The notes beneath the pieces were generated by a model. That model was given only the letters and a program-made list of their open reading frames with translations. It ran no database searches and was not told where the DNA came from. Below are positions 1-8,238 of a DNA stretch of 12,180 nt, one piece after another. Origin of the DNA: an uncultured Gemmatimonadota bacterium (GTDB taxonomy: Bacteria > SM23-81); NCBI GenBank assembly GCA_964584035.1, contig CAZOYL010000079.1, forward strand, positions 1 through 12,180, given 5' to 3'. Numbering within the stretch: the stretch's first letter is position 1; every line of letters begins with the position of its first letter. A program made the translations under genes and the position numbers.

Positions 1-1622
1 TGGTTCTCAAAATAGAAGGTATAGCCGGCGTATAGGTTAATCTCACGACGGTTGTTCTGCGGCAGGTAGCCATTGTCGACCCGCAGAGTGGGGCTATACT
101 CGGTGTAGGAAAGGTCGAGATCGAATTTCCGGGAACGCTCCTCCAGGTTGGCCACAAAGAAATGGCCCCAGAAGGATTCCCCATCGAAGGCCGCTGTGTA
201 TCTTTTGCCGTCGAGGTACTGGTCGGTCACGTCGGAGGTCAGGGTGGTATCATCGGGCTCCTCCGTGTGGCTGGCCAGGGCCTGCCATTGCAGCCGGAAA
301 TTCCGTGAGAAGCGGATCTCGCCGTCGGCGCTGATCACCGTGCCGGAGCCGCCGTCGTCCAGCCGGCGGTCGGTGACGATGATCCCCAGGTAGGTGTCCT
401 CTGCCAGGGTTTTGCGGGCCCTGAGGATGTTGGAGAAGCTTTTTCCGGCCTCCAGAAATTCACTGCTTTCTTCCAGAGGAAGGATGATGGGAGTGTGCTC
501 ATCCCTGGCGGCCAGGTAGGCGATGCTGGTGCCGTCGAAACGGGCCGTCAGCTTGCCGGCGAACTGGGGGTCGTTGATCGAGCGGGTATAAACGGTGGGA
601 GTCCAGGTGCGGAACAGATCGCTGCCCTCCTGGAAGAAGGGCCGCCGCTCGTCGTACCACAAAGCGAAAGTGGAGTTGACGTCGATCTGGGCCGGGTCGG
701 CCTCCACCTGGCTGAAATCGGGATTGTAGGTCAGCTCGGTGGTGATGTCGGAGGACAGCGAGTATTTGGCGCCGATGGACACCTCGCCGTCGGCATCGTC
801 ATTCTTGAATGTATAGGGCCCTTCAGAGGTGCCGTCCCCATCGAGGGCACCACTCTGGAATCCGATGAGGGACGGCAGGATCTCCAATCCCTTTCCGGGA
901 TGGACGTTCTCGATCCCGGTGACCGTACCCCACTGGCAGGGCCAGCAGGGCTCGTCGCGATCGTAGGCCGCCCAGGAGTACTGGCCGCGATCCTCCCGGG
1001 GGTGGTTTCGCCAGAAATCCATCTTCCAGGTCTGGACCGGTCTGTTGGGAAATCGGAGACTGGCGAAAGGAATGGCCATCTCCACCTGGTAGCCCGAGTC
1101 CGTGATCTTTCCAGCCGACTCGTAGATAATATCGAAACCCACATCTTCCCCGCCGCTGCGGGCCCACAGGACGTCTCCCTGGATTCCATAAGGATTGGCG
1201 GAGATCTCATAGGCCCAGGTGGCCTGGGCATAGGTGTCGATGAGAATGATCGCATAGTCATCCGAATAGATACCATCTCGCTCACACAGCGAAGCCCGAA
1301 CGGCCCCGGGATCGTCGTAACAGAGGAAGGCCACGTAGAGCTGTTCGTCGTCATAGGTGATCAAGGCCTCGGTGTCCACCGGCGGTCTGGTCTGGTCGCC
1401 GGGATTGTGCTCGGCGAAGTTGTCGACCCGGGCCGCTCCCTGCCAGCCGGGATCGTTCAGCCGGCCGTCGATCTCGATCGGACCGGCCCGCCGGGAAACG
1501 TGCAGCGTGGGGTTGTAGACAGGCTGATAGTCTTCCTCGGCCCGGGGTGTCGATGCGGACAAGATCATGGCGAGGAGCATCGCCGCCACCAAGCCGATCG
1601 TTACAGGTCTGGCCAAAGCCAT
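1..1622 (-). CDS. Exported protein with N-terminal CBM9-like domain and DUF5916 region (probable outer-membrane/carbohydrate-binding protein); runs off the left edge, 3' end missing
   Basis: Manually translated; not in the ORF track because its stop is outside the window. ATG at 1622 preceded by GGGAGAG. Signal-peptide-like start MALARPVTIGLVAAMLLAMILSASTPRAEE; CBM9-like IEIDGRLNDPGWQGA, ITYDDEQLYVAF and GYQVEMAIPFASLRF; DUF5916-type TYNPDFSQVEADPAQIDVN...YDERRPFFQEG and YTRSI; reads through ...INLYAGYTFYFEN at the edge. Confidence 0.88.
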   Translation of the reverse strand, partial: MALARPVTIGLVAAMLLAMILSASTPRAEEDYQPVYNPTLHVSRRAGPIEIDGRLNDPGWQGAARVDNFAEHNPGDQTRPPVDTEALITYDDEQLYVAFLCYDDPGAVRASLCERDGIYSDDYAIILIDTYAQATWAYEISANPYGIQGDVLWARSGGEDVGFDIIYESAGKITDSGYQVEMAIPFASLRFPNRPVQTWKMDFWRNHPREDRGQYSWAAYDRDEPCWPCQWGTVTGIENVHPGKGLEILPSLIGFQSGALDGDGTSEGPYTFKNDDADGEVSIGAKYSLSSDITTELTYNPDFSQVEADPAQIDVNSTFALWYDERRPFFQEGSDLFRTWTPTVYTRSINDPQFAGKLTARFDGTSIAYLAARDEHTPIILPLEESSEFLEAGKSFSNILRARKTLAEDTYLGIIVTDRRLDDGGSGTVISADGEIRFSRNFRLQWQALASHTEEPDDTTLTSDVTDQYLDGKRYTAAFDGESFWGHFFVANLEERSRKFDLDLSYTEYSPTLRVDNGYLPQNNRREINLYAGYTFYFEN

Positions 1623-1679
1623 CGTCTCTCCCGCCCGTGAGAAATAAAATATCCGCTCTTTCGATACGGTCATTTCAAG

Positions 1680-1707
1680 TTACGAATATCCGAGCGGATG
1701 AGTTTCC
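1680..1707 (-). promoter_or_regulatory. Candidate ECF-sigma-type promoter for the DUF5916 gene
   Basis: Minus strand reads GGAAAC-N17-CGTAA, matching the general ECF AAC...CGT pattern, with an A-rich tract (AAAAGAAAAAAACA) directly upstream, about 57 nt before the ATG at 1622. Confidence 0.4.
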
Positions 1708-1810
1708 TGTTTTTTTCTTTTACGATCTTTTTCTTCATCGGACGGCGATATTGTCCATGCTTTTTTATTCCTCCCTCGTCGGGAAGGCCGGTGAGCGGTC
1801 CCGCACAGAA

Positions 1811-1840
1811 TGAGCTTTTCTCCGGCAGGCCGGAAGCTCA
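1811..1840 (-). terminator. Stem-loop at the lipoprotein stop codon; possible weak terminator or transcript-stabilising hairpin
   Basis: Outer arms TGAGCTT (1811-1817)/AAGCTCA (1834-1840) around an inner TCCGG-CAGG-CCGGA stem; no good U-tract follows on the minus strand. Confidence 0.3.
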
Positions 1841-2476
1841 GAATCTTCGTTCGACGACGGCCACAGCCGTTCCGTCCACCGGCACCCAGCCGGCCGGGCT
1901 CCCATCCCGGGTGATTCGCACCCACCATTGGGTCTGCGGCTCGGCCAGCATCTGCTGGCAGCGGTGTCCGGCGTCCATCTCGATGTACTCGCCATCGTGG
2001 CGGAAGATATAGAACCCTTCCGCGGCGTAACAGATCACCTCCAGAATGGTGCCGCAGGAAAAGTAGATCTGCCGGGCCCGGCCGCCTTTCAATTGGCCGT
2101 CGTCGGGGGCGTCGTAGACGAATCCGGCGATGATGCAATCCTCTACGATCTCCATCTGTCCGGGCTTCTCGACCAGGATAACGGACCGATCCCAGAGCAG
2201 TTTTTGACCGGCGGTCACGGCGATCCGCCCGACTTTGACGGCGGCGGATCGAACCGTATCTGCGGTTTCTGGAAGAGGATACACCTCCAGGGAATCTCCG
2301 GAACCCTGCCAGGCGAGTACGGGCACGCCCTCGCCGGGCCACCGTTCGATGCTCAGCAGGGATGGAGCATCCTGCCGCCGGTTCTGACCGGGTTTTTCGC
2401 AGCTGGCCATGGCACCGATCAAGAGAGCGGAGATCAGTATCTTACCCGGGAGGCTCAGTCGCAGTTTCAGGGACAT
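1838..2476 (-). CDS. Hypothetical lipoprotein (212 aa), possible SH3b-like beta domain(s)
   Basis: AAGGAG RBS upstream of ATG 2476 (alternative TTG at 2479). Basic N-terminus, hydrophobic ILISALLIGA and lipobox-like MASC; C-terminal PQTQWWVRITRDGSPAGWV resembles SH3b strands. Confidence 0.75.
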   Translation of the reverse strand: MSLKLRLSLPGKILISALLIGAMASCEKPGQNRRQDAPSLLSIERWPGEGVPVLAWQGSGDSLEVYPLPETADTVRSAAVKVGRIAVTAGQKLLWDRSVILVEKPGQMEIVEDCIIAGFVYDAPDDGQLKGGRARQIYFSCGTILEVICYAAEGFYIFRHDGEYIEMDAGHRCQQMLAEPQTQWWVRITRDGSPAGWVPVDGTAVAVVERRF

Positions 2477-2594
2477 CAACAGGCTCTCCTTTTGACGCAG
2501 ACGTTGTCGACCCGGCGGATGAATCCGGCGTTATCGCATCTTTCGGCAAACATCTCGGCTGATGTTCGCCTATGATGGCTGAATGTATGGGAGG

Positions 2595-3716
2595 TCAACG
2601 GACTCGTTTCTGAAACTTGGCCACACTGAATGAAAAGATCAGCAGCCCGAACACTATCAGAGGGACCACATCGGTCCACAGATACGTCAGCGAGGATCCC
2701 TTCTGGAAGATATCGCGAACGATCGACATGAAATAGCGCATCGGATTGAGATGGGTGAGTTTTTGCAGCACCGGCGGCATGTTCTCGATGGGGATAAAAA
2801 ATCCGCTCATCATGATCATGAAGACCATGAAGAACCAGGATACGAACATGGCCTGCTGCTGGGACGATGCCACGGTGGAGATGAAGATGCCCAGGCCCAT
2901 GGTGCTGAAAAGATAGAGAAAGGCCAGGGCGGCCAGCAGGGCATAACTTCCGTTCATGGGAATCTTGAAAACCATCACGGCCACGGTCATGACGATACCT
3001 AATTCCACATAGGAGAGAATGAGGAAAGGAACCAGTTTGCCGATCAGCAGCTGGTGTTTCTTCAAGGGTGTGACCAGGAGCTGTTCCAGCGTGCCGATCT
3101 CCTTTTCTTTCACCAGGCTCAGTCCGGAAAGCATCATCGGCAGGATGGTGAGCAGCACCACGACGATGGCCGGGACCACGAACTGTTGGCTGCTCAAATC
3201 CGGATTGTACCACATCCGCTCTTCCATGACGGCCAGATGCGGTTCGCCGGCAGAAGATCGATTCTGCGGCTGCTGGACATAATCGATGCCGAAATCCATG
3301 AGGATATTCAGGGCGTATGATAAGGCCACACCGGCCGTGTTGCCGTCGACGCCATCGGCGACCACGCCGATCTGAGGATCCAGATGGCGAAGCAGGTCGC
3401 CGCTGAAATCCGGCGGGATGACCAGGGCCATCTGTGTTCGCCATCCGCGCATCCGTTCCCTGATCTGATGCAGATCGGACGTACGGCCGACCACATCGAA
3501 TTGTTCGGTGTGCGAGAAGGCTTCCACGATCTCCTGGCTGACCATACTTCCATCCAGGTCGACAACCAGCAGACTGACATGCTTGACCTCGGTGGTGATG
3601 GCGAAAGACAGAATCAGCAGCTGGATGATGGGCGAGACGAAGACGATCCCCAGCATGGCCCGGTCACGAAACACCTGGCGGAATTCCTTGCCGATGAGAT
3701 AGCCGATTCGGCGCAT
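2595..3716 (-). CDS. ybhR: ABC-2 type transporter permease, YbhR-like
   Basis: KEFRQVFRD start, one N-terminal TM, large extracytoplasmic loop ending WYNP, KEKEIGTLEQLLVTP, GKLVP, SGFFIPIENMP, LNPMRYF; last gene of the cluster as in E. coli ybhGFSR. Confidence 0.92.
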   Translation of the reverse strand: MRRIGYLIGKEFRQVFRDRAMLGIVFVSPIIQLLILSFAITTEVKHVSLLVVDLDGSMVSQEIVEAFSHTEQFDVVGRTSDLHQIRERMRGWRTQMALVIPPDFSGDLLRHLDPQIGVVADGVDGNTAGVALSYALNILMDFGIDYVQQPQNRSSAGEPHLAVMEERMWYNPDLSSQQFVVPAIVVVLLTILPMMLSGLSLVKEKEIGTLEQLLVTPLKKHQLLIGKLVPFLILSYVELGIVMTVAVMVFKIPMNGSYALLAALAFLYLFSTMGLGIFISTVASSQQQAMFVSWFFMVFMIMMSGFFIPIENMPPVLQKLTHLNPMRYFMSIVRDIFQKGSSLTYLWTDVVPLIVFGLLIFSFSVAKFQKRVR

Positions 3717-3717
3717 C

Positions 3718-4833
3718 TTACTTCTCCAGGGTCATGCTGAACTTGCGTACGGATATAGTCAAAAGAACCAGCGCCGTGAAGGTGAGGAATAGCGTCGGCC
3801 GCAGAAGCTGATGGAACTCGCTGCCCTTGAGCATGATCCCCCGCACGATGAGCAGAAAATACCGCGCCGGGACCAGATAGGTGACAGCCTGCAGGGCCTT
3901 GGGCATCGAGGCGATGGGAAAGATCAGGCCGGAGAGCATCATCGTCGGCAGCAGCGTAACGATCTGCGCCGCCATCATGGCCACCTGCTGTGTGCGCGCC
4001 CAGGTTGAGATCATCAGCCCGAGGCTGAGAGCGGTGAAAAGATACATGGTCATCAGAAGGAGCAACAGGATCGCGCTGCCCCTGAAGGGGACATGAAAGA
4101 CGATCAGCCCGATGAGCAGGATCAGGGCGGCATCGAGAAAGGCCAGTACCATGTAGGGTAGCACCTTGCCGATGATGATCTGGTACGGGCGCACGGGAGA
4201 GACCAGGATCTGTTCCATGGTGCCCGTTTCCTTCTCCCGGGCGATGGTGATGCTGGTCAGCAGTGCGGAGATCATGATCAGAATCATGGCGATCAGACCG
4301 GGGACGAAGAAGTAGGAGCTTTTCAGGTCCGGGTTGAACAGGATGGTGCTGCGCAGATCGAAGGGCAGCGGGATCCGGGCGCCACGACCGGCGTTGTAGT
4401 CCGCGATCACCTGGTTGCAGTAATTCTTGATCAGCGTGGCCGCGTTGGCATCGGAGGCATCGATAAGAAACTGTACCGGTGCGGTGGCCCCGGTGCGCAG
4501 CTGCCGGTCGAAATCGGCGGGGATGATCATGGCGGCTCTGGCGCGTCGCAGTTTAAACAGGTCCTCGAGCTGCGAAATCGTCCCCTCATAGTGGAAAGGA
4601 TGAAAGAAGGTGCTGCCCCGAAATTGCTCCATCAGATGGCGGGATTCCGTGGATTGGGCGTCGTCGATGACGGCCAGGTCGACGCGTTGGATCTCCATAT
4701 TCAGGGCATAGCCGAATATGAGCAGCTGGGCCACGGGCATCAGGAAGAGGATCATCAGGGTGCGGACATCATAGATGATGTGGAAGAACTCCTTGCGCGC
4801 GATGGCCAGAATACGGCTTCTCAGAATCTTCAT
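3718..4833 (-). CDS. ybhS: ABC-2 type transporter permease, YbhS-like
   Basis: Start reassigned to ATG 4833 (MKILRSRIL), 4 nt after the ATPase stop. ARKEFFHIIYD, DASDAN, FNPDLKS, PGLIA, AREKETGTMEQILVSP, LSGLIFPIASMP, PARYF. Confidence 0.92.
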   Translation of the reverse strand: MKILRSRILAIARKEFFHIIYDVRTLMILFLMPVAQLLIFGYALNMEIQRVDLAVIDDAQSTESRHLMEQFRGSTFFHPFHYEGTISQLEDLFKLRRARAAMIIPADFDRQLRTGATAPVQFLIDASDANAATLIKNYCNQVIADYNAGRGARIPLPFDLRSTILFNPDLKSSYFFVPGLIAMILIMISALLTSITIAREKETGTMEQILVSPVRPYQIIIGKVLPYMVLAFLDAALILLIGLIVFHVPFRGSAILLLLLMTMYLFTALSLGLMISTWARTQQVAMMAAQIVTLLPTMMLSGLIFPIASMPKALQAVTYLVPARYFLLIVRGIMLKGSEFHQLLRPTLFLTFTALVLLTISVRKFSMTLEK

Positions 4834-4837
4834 GGCA

Positions 4838-5578
4838 TTATTCTTGTTGCTTTCTTGCCAGGGTGACGAAGACGTCCTGCATGGTCTGCTTTCCATAGGT
4901 CTTCTTCAGCCCGCCGGGCGTATCCAGGGCGATGATCCGGCCGGTATCCATGATCGAGACGCGATGACAATATTCGGCCTCCTCCATGAAATGTGTGGTG
5001 ACCAGCACGGTGGTTCCGCCCGTTGCCGTCTGCGAGATGAAATCCCAGAACGTCCGCCGCGCTTTGGGGTCCACGCCGGAGGTGGGCTCGTCGAGAAACA
5101 GGATCAGCGGGCTGTGCAGCATGGCGCAGGCCAGAGCCAGGCGCTGTTTGAATCCCAGGGGCAGATCGGCCGCCAGGGCGCGGGTGTATCTCTCCAGCCC
5201 GATGGTGGCCACCACTTCCTCCAGCCGGTCTTGAATCTGCCGGCGGTTCAATCCGTATATGCCGCCGTAGAAGATGATATTTTCCGCCACGGTCAGGTCC
5301 GCATAGAGGGAGAACTTCTGGCTCATGTAGCCTATGTTTTGTTTGATCTGCTCGCTCTGGCGATAGACATCCAGCCCGGCCACGATAGCCCGGCCGGACG
5401 AAGGCCGGAGGAGCCCGCAGAGCATGCGGATCAGCGTCGTCTTTCCGGCCCCATTGGCTCCTAAAAACCCGAAGATCTCCCCCTGCCGGACGGCGATGCT
5501 CACCCGGTCGACGGCCACAAACCGGCCGAATGTGCGGGTCAGCCCCTCCGTCTGGATCGATAGGGAGGCATCGTTCAT
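4838..5578 (-). CDS. ybhF: ABC transporter ATP-binding protein, equivalent to the C-terminal NBD of YbhF
   Basis: Start reassigned to ATG 5578 (ATGA overlap with upstream stop). Walker A GANGAGKTT, Q-loop GYMSQKFSLY, degenerate signature LPLGFKQRLALAC, Walker B LFLDEPTSGVDP, H-loop TTHFMEEAEYC. Confidence 0.93.
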   Translation of the reverse strand: MNDASLSIQTEGLTRTFGRFVAVDRVSIAVRQGEIFGFLGANGAGKTTLIRMLCGLLRPSSGRAIVAGLDVYRQSEQIKQNIGYMSQKFSLYADLTVAENIIFYGGIYGLNRRQIQDRLEEVVATIGLERYTRALAADLPLGFKQRLALACAMLHSPLILFLDEPTSGVDPKARRTFWDFISQTATGGTTVLVTTHFMEEAEYCHRVSIMDTGRIIALDTPGGLKKTYGKQTMQDVFVTLARKQQE

Positions 5579-6492
5579 TTCGTCTCCCCGCTGTATTCCA
5601 TGAAGACGTCCTCCATGCTCGGCTGGCGCGGCTCCCAGCCCTGCAGGTTTTCCTCTGAATCCCCTTGCCATACCATCCAGTCATGTTCGTCGGGCTGCTG
5701 CTGGAAACTGATGTGAACGGCATCGCCGAAGAGCTGTGTGGTATGCACCTGCGGCAACTCGGCGAAGAACCGCCTCAGGGCGCGCACATCGCGGCCGTGT
5801 ACCCGGTAGAGCGGGTAGCGGAAACCGGCTTTGATCTCTTCCGGCGTACCGGAAACGATGATCCTACCCCGGTGCATCAGGGCCACCCGGTCGCACTGGT
5901 CGGCCTCATCCATATAAGCCGTGGACACCAGTATGGTCTTGCCCTCCCCCTGGATGGAATGCAAGATCTCCCAGAATTCCTGCCGCGAGAGAGGATCGAC
6001 GCCGACAGTGGGCTCATCGAGAATCAGAACCTCCGGCGTATGGATCAGGGCACAGGAGAGGGCCAGCTTCTGCTTCATGCCGCCGGACAGGGCGCCGGCC
6101 TTGCGCTTTTTGAAAGGTGCCAGCCGGGAGAAACCATATAACCGTTCCATGCGTTCCTGCCGTTCACCTTCCGGAACCTGAAACAGATCGGCGAAAAAGC
6201 GCAAGTTCTGTTCTACGGACAGATCCTGGTAGAGGGAAAACCGCTGGGGCATGTATCCCAGCCGGGAGCGGATGGAGACGATCTGCCGGCGGCCGTCCAG
6301 GCTTGACACCATGATGTTGCCGCTGTCAGGGGCGATCAGGGTGCAGATGATTCTCATCAGAGTCGTTTTTCCGGCCCCGTCCGGCCCGATGATACCGAAC
6401 AGCTCCTTTTCCTGAACGGACAGGGACACTTCTTTCAATACCACCGCCTGGCCATAGGTCTTGACCACTTGATCGATCTCGATGGCATTCAT
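5575..6492 (-). CDS. ybhF: ABC transporter ATP-binding protein, equivalent to the N-terminal NBD plus linker of YbhF
   Basis: Likely ATG 6492 (MNAIEID; alternative TTG 6501). Walker A GPDGAGKTT, GYMPQRFSLY, signature LSGGMKQKL, Walker B LILDEPTVGVDP, H-loop variant STAYMDEA, C-terminal PSMEDVF. Confidence 0.93.
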   Translation of the reverse strand: MNAIEIDQVVKTYGQAVVLKEVSLSVQEKELFGIIGPDGAGKTTLMRIICTLIAPDSGNIMVSSLDGRRQIVSIRSRLGYMPQRFSLYQDLSVEQNLRFFADLFQVPEGERQERMERLYGFSRLAPFKKRKAGALSGGMKQKLALSCALIHTPEVLILDEPTVGVDPLSRQEFWEILHSIQGEGKTILVSTAYMDEADQCDRVALMHRGRIIVSGTPEEIKAGFRYPLYRVHGRDVRALRRFFAELPQVHTTQLFGDAVHISFQQQPDEHDWMVWQGDSEENLQGWEPRQPSMEDVFMEYSGETK

Positions 6493-6520
6493 GAAGACCA
6501 ACCGTTATTTCCAGGTGAGC

Positions 6521-7399
6521 TCACAGGATCACCTCCACAGGCATGCCGTGTTTCAGCACCCGTTGGGGATTCGGCACGGTCACCTTGACGGCATAGACCA
6601 GTGAGGTGCGAGTTTCCGGAGTGAGGATCGTTTTCGGCGTGAACTCGGCCTTCGGGCTGATCCAGCTGACCCGGCCGGGCAGGTCCTCGGACAGGCCGTC
6701 CACACGGATCCTCACCGGCTGGCCGGGCTTGACCTCCGGCAGCATCTCCTCCGGAATATAGATCTTCGCATCCAGTTCGCTGATATGGACCAGTTCCAGG
6801 ATGGGCTGCAGGGCCGGTACGGCTTCACCCATCTCATAGTATCGCGAGGCCACCAGGCCGTCGGTCGGGGCGATGATGAGCGCATCGGAGATCTTTTTGC
6901 GTATCGAGCCCAGCTGCGCCTCTAATTGTTTCCGCCGGGCCTGCAGGATCTGGATCTGGTTCTGTGCCGATGTAACCGCCGATTGAACCTGCTGCAGCTG
7001 GTTGTCCAGATCGTCCAGGTTTTGCTCCGGTGTGGCCTGGTCTTCAAACAGGGTCTTGACCCGCTTGTGTTTGAGCTGAACATAATCCAGGTCAGCCTCG
7101 GCTCGATCCAGATTCGTCCGGGATATCTTCTCTTGAACCAGCAGCTCCTCTTGAGAAGCCTGGACCTGCTGGAACTGTAGCGCTAACTCGATCGTGTCGA
7201 TGATGGCCAGGGAATCGCCGGCAGCCACCTCCTGTCCGGTGTCGACGAACATGGCCACGATTTTCCCGCCGGTGAGGGCCGGAACGTGTATGGATGTGCC
7301 TTCCAGGACGGTTGTGTAGATATTGTGTTGTGACCGTGCCCTGCAGCTCAGGATGAGGGGGAGAAATAAAACAGCGGTGAGCAGAAACGTTTTTTTCAT
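6521..7399 (-). CDS. ybhG: HlyD-family periplasmic adaptor / membrane fusion protein, YbhG-like, probable lipoprotein
   Basis: GGGAGG RBS; MKK plus hydrophobic segment and ILSC lipobox; lipoyl halves (GGKIVAMFVDTGQEVAAGD; IIAPTDGLV), long Gln/Leu-rich coiled coil, family motif WISPKAEFTPKTILT...LVYAVKV...LKHGMP. Confidence 0.92.
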   Translation of the reverse strand: MKKTFLLTAVLFLPLILSCRARSQHNIYTTVLEGTSIHVPALTGGKIVAMFVDTGQEVAAGDSLAIIDTIELALQFQQVQASQEELLVQEKISRTNLDRAEADLDYVQLKHKRVKTLFEDQATPEQNLDDLDNQLQQVQSAVTSAQNQIQILQARRKQLEAQLGSIRKKISDALIIAPTDGLVASRYYEMGEAVPALQPILELVHISELDAKIYIPEEMLPEVKPGQPVRIRVDGLSEDLPGRVSWISPKAEFTPKTILTPETRTSLVYAVKVTVPNPQRVLKHGMPVEVIL

Positions 7400-7432
7400 G
7401 TTGCCTCCCGATAAGATGTGACCGGGGCGCTG

Positions 7433-8200
7433 TTATGATCTATCCTTGAATTTCTCCATGGCCGCTTTAAGTCGTTCCCTGGCCGGGGGCGCATACCAGC
7501 ACTCCACGAAACGCCGCTCGCGCTCATCCAGATGGGCCAGGATCTCGGCTTTCACCGGCTCGGTGCGGTTGCGCTTGATCAGGGCGAAGGCCTCGGGAGA
7601 GGAGGCGCTGAGTGCCTGGACTTTCTCGATCGCCCCGGGGAGCACCTCTTTCAGGGGCATGATCCGGTCCACCAGGCCCCGTTCGAGCAGATCCGGGCCG
7701 CCGTAGAACTCCCCGCCGTCCATCACCTCGCGGGCCCGGCGCCACCCGACCAGGTGTCGCAGGATCCGGTCGGCCGGATAGGGAACGGGGACGCCCAGTT
7801 TGATCTCGTTGAGGCCGATGAGTTTTTTGCCCTCGGCGATGAACCGGTAATCACAGCACAGGGTCAGGATGCAGCCCCCGGCGACGGCATGGCCGGTGAC
7901 GGCCGCCACCACCGGTTTGGGAAAGGTGAACAGCTCTATGCAGAGCCGGTTGAAGGCCCGGTAGAAGATGGTGAACTCGCTCCGCGTCAGGGGGAACAGC
8001 AGGGGGATGTCCAGGCCGATGGAGAAAAACTTGTCGTTGGCGCTGGTCAGGACCAGACCGCGGATATCGGGATTCTCCCCGGCCTGCCGCAGCGTCTCGG
8101 AGAGCTCATTGATCAGCTCCATATCGATGGCGTTGGTGATGTCTTGGGAGAGCTTGACGATGATGACGCCCCGGTGATCGCCGGTCTGTATCGGACCCAT
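7433..8200 (-). CDS. Enoyl-CoA hydratase/isomerase (crotonase) family protein, probably delta3,delta2-enoyl-CoA isomerase type
   Basis: AGGAG RBS before ATG 8200 (alternative ATG 8242). NAID, FFSIGLDI oxyanion motif, PKPVVAAVTGHAVAGGCILTLCCDYRF, IGLNEIKLGVP, GLVDRI. Confidence 0.92.
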   Translation of the reverse strand: MGPIQTGDHRGVIIVKLSQDITNAIDMELINELSETLRQAGENPDIRGLVLTSANDKFFSIGLDIPLLFPLTRSEFTIFYRAFNRLCIELFTFPKPVVAAVTGHAVAGGCILTLCCDYRFIAEGKKLIGLNEIKLGVPVPYPADRILRHLVGWRRAREVMDGGEFYGGPDLLERGLVDRIMPLKEVLPGAIEKVQALSASSPEAFALIKRNRTEPVKAEILAHLDERERRFVECWYAPPARERLKAAMEKFKDRS

Positions 8201-8238
8201 TGAGATCGCTCCTGTGGACGTTGCCTCTTCAGCAGGAT

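Noticed and set aside
495..1640. 381-aa plus-strand ORF and the overlapping 731-1354 and 823-1167 minus ORFs
   Set aside because: All overlap the DUF5916 gene, which has the RBS, signal peptide and family motifs; their compositions look like off-frame translations.
1623..1837. Possible riboswitch, tRNA or sRNA in the largest intergenic region
   Set aside because: No cloverleaf, T-loop or riboswitch consensus that I can recognise; an Rfam search would be needed to exclude it fully.
2476..3444. Arg/Pro/His-rich alternate-frame ORFs (2476-3444, also 1680-2342, 4830-5723, 9389-9832, 9645-10124)
   Set aside because: Off-frame readings of well-supported genes on the same strand, with low-complexity composition.
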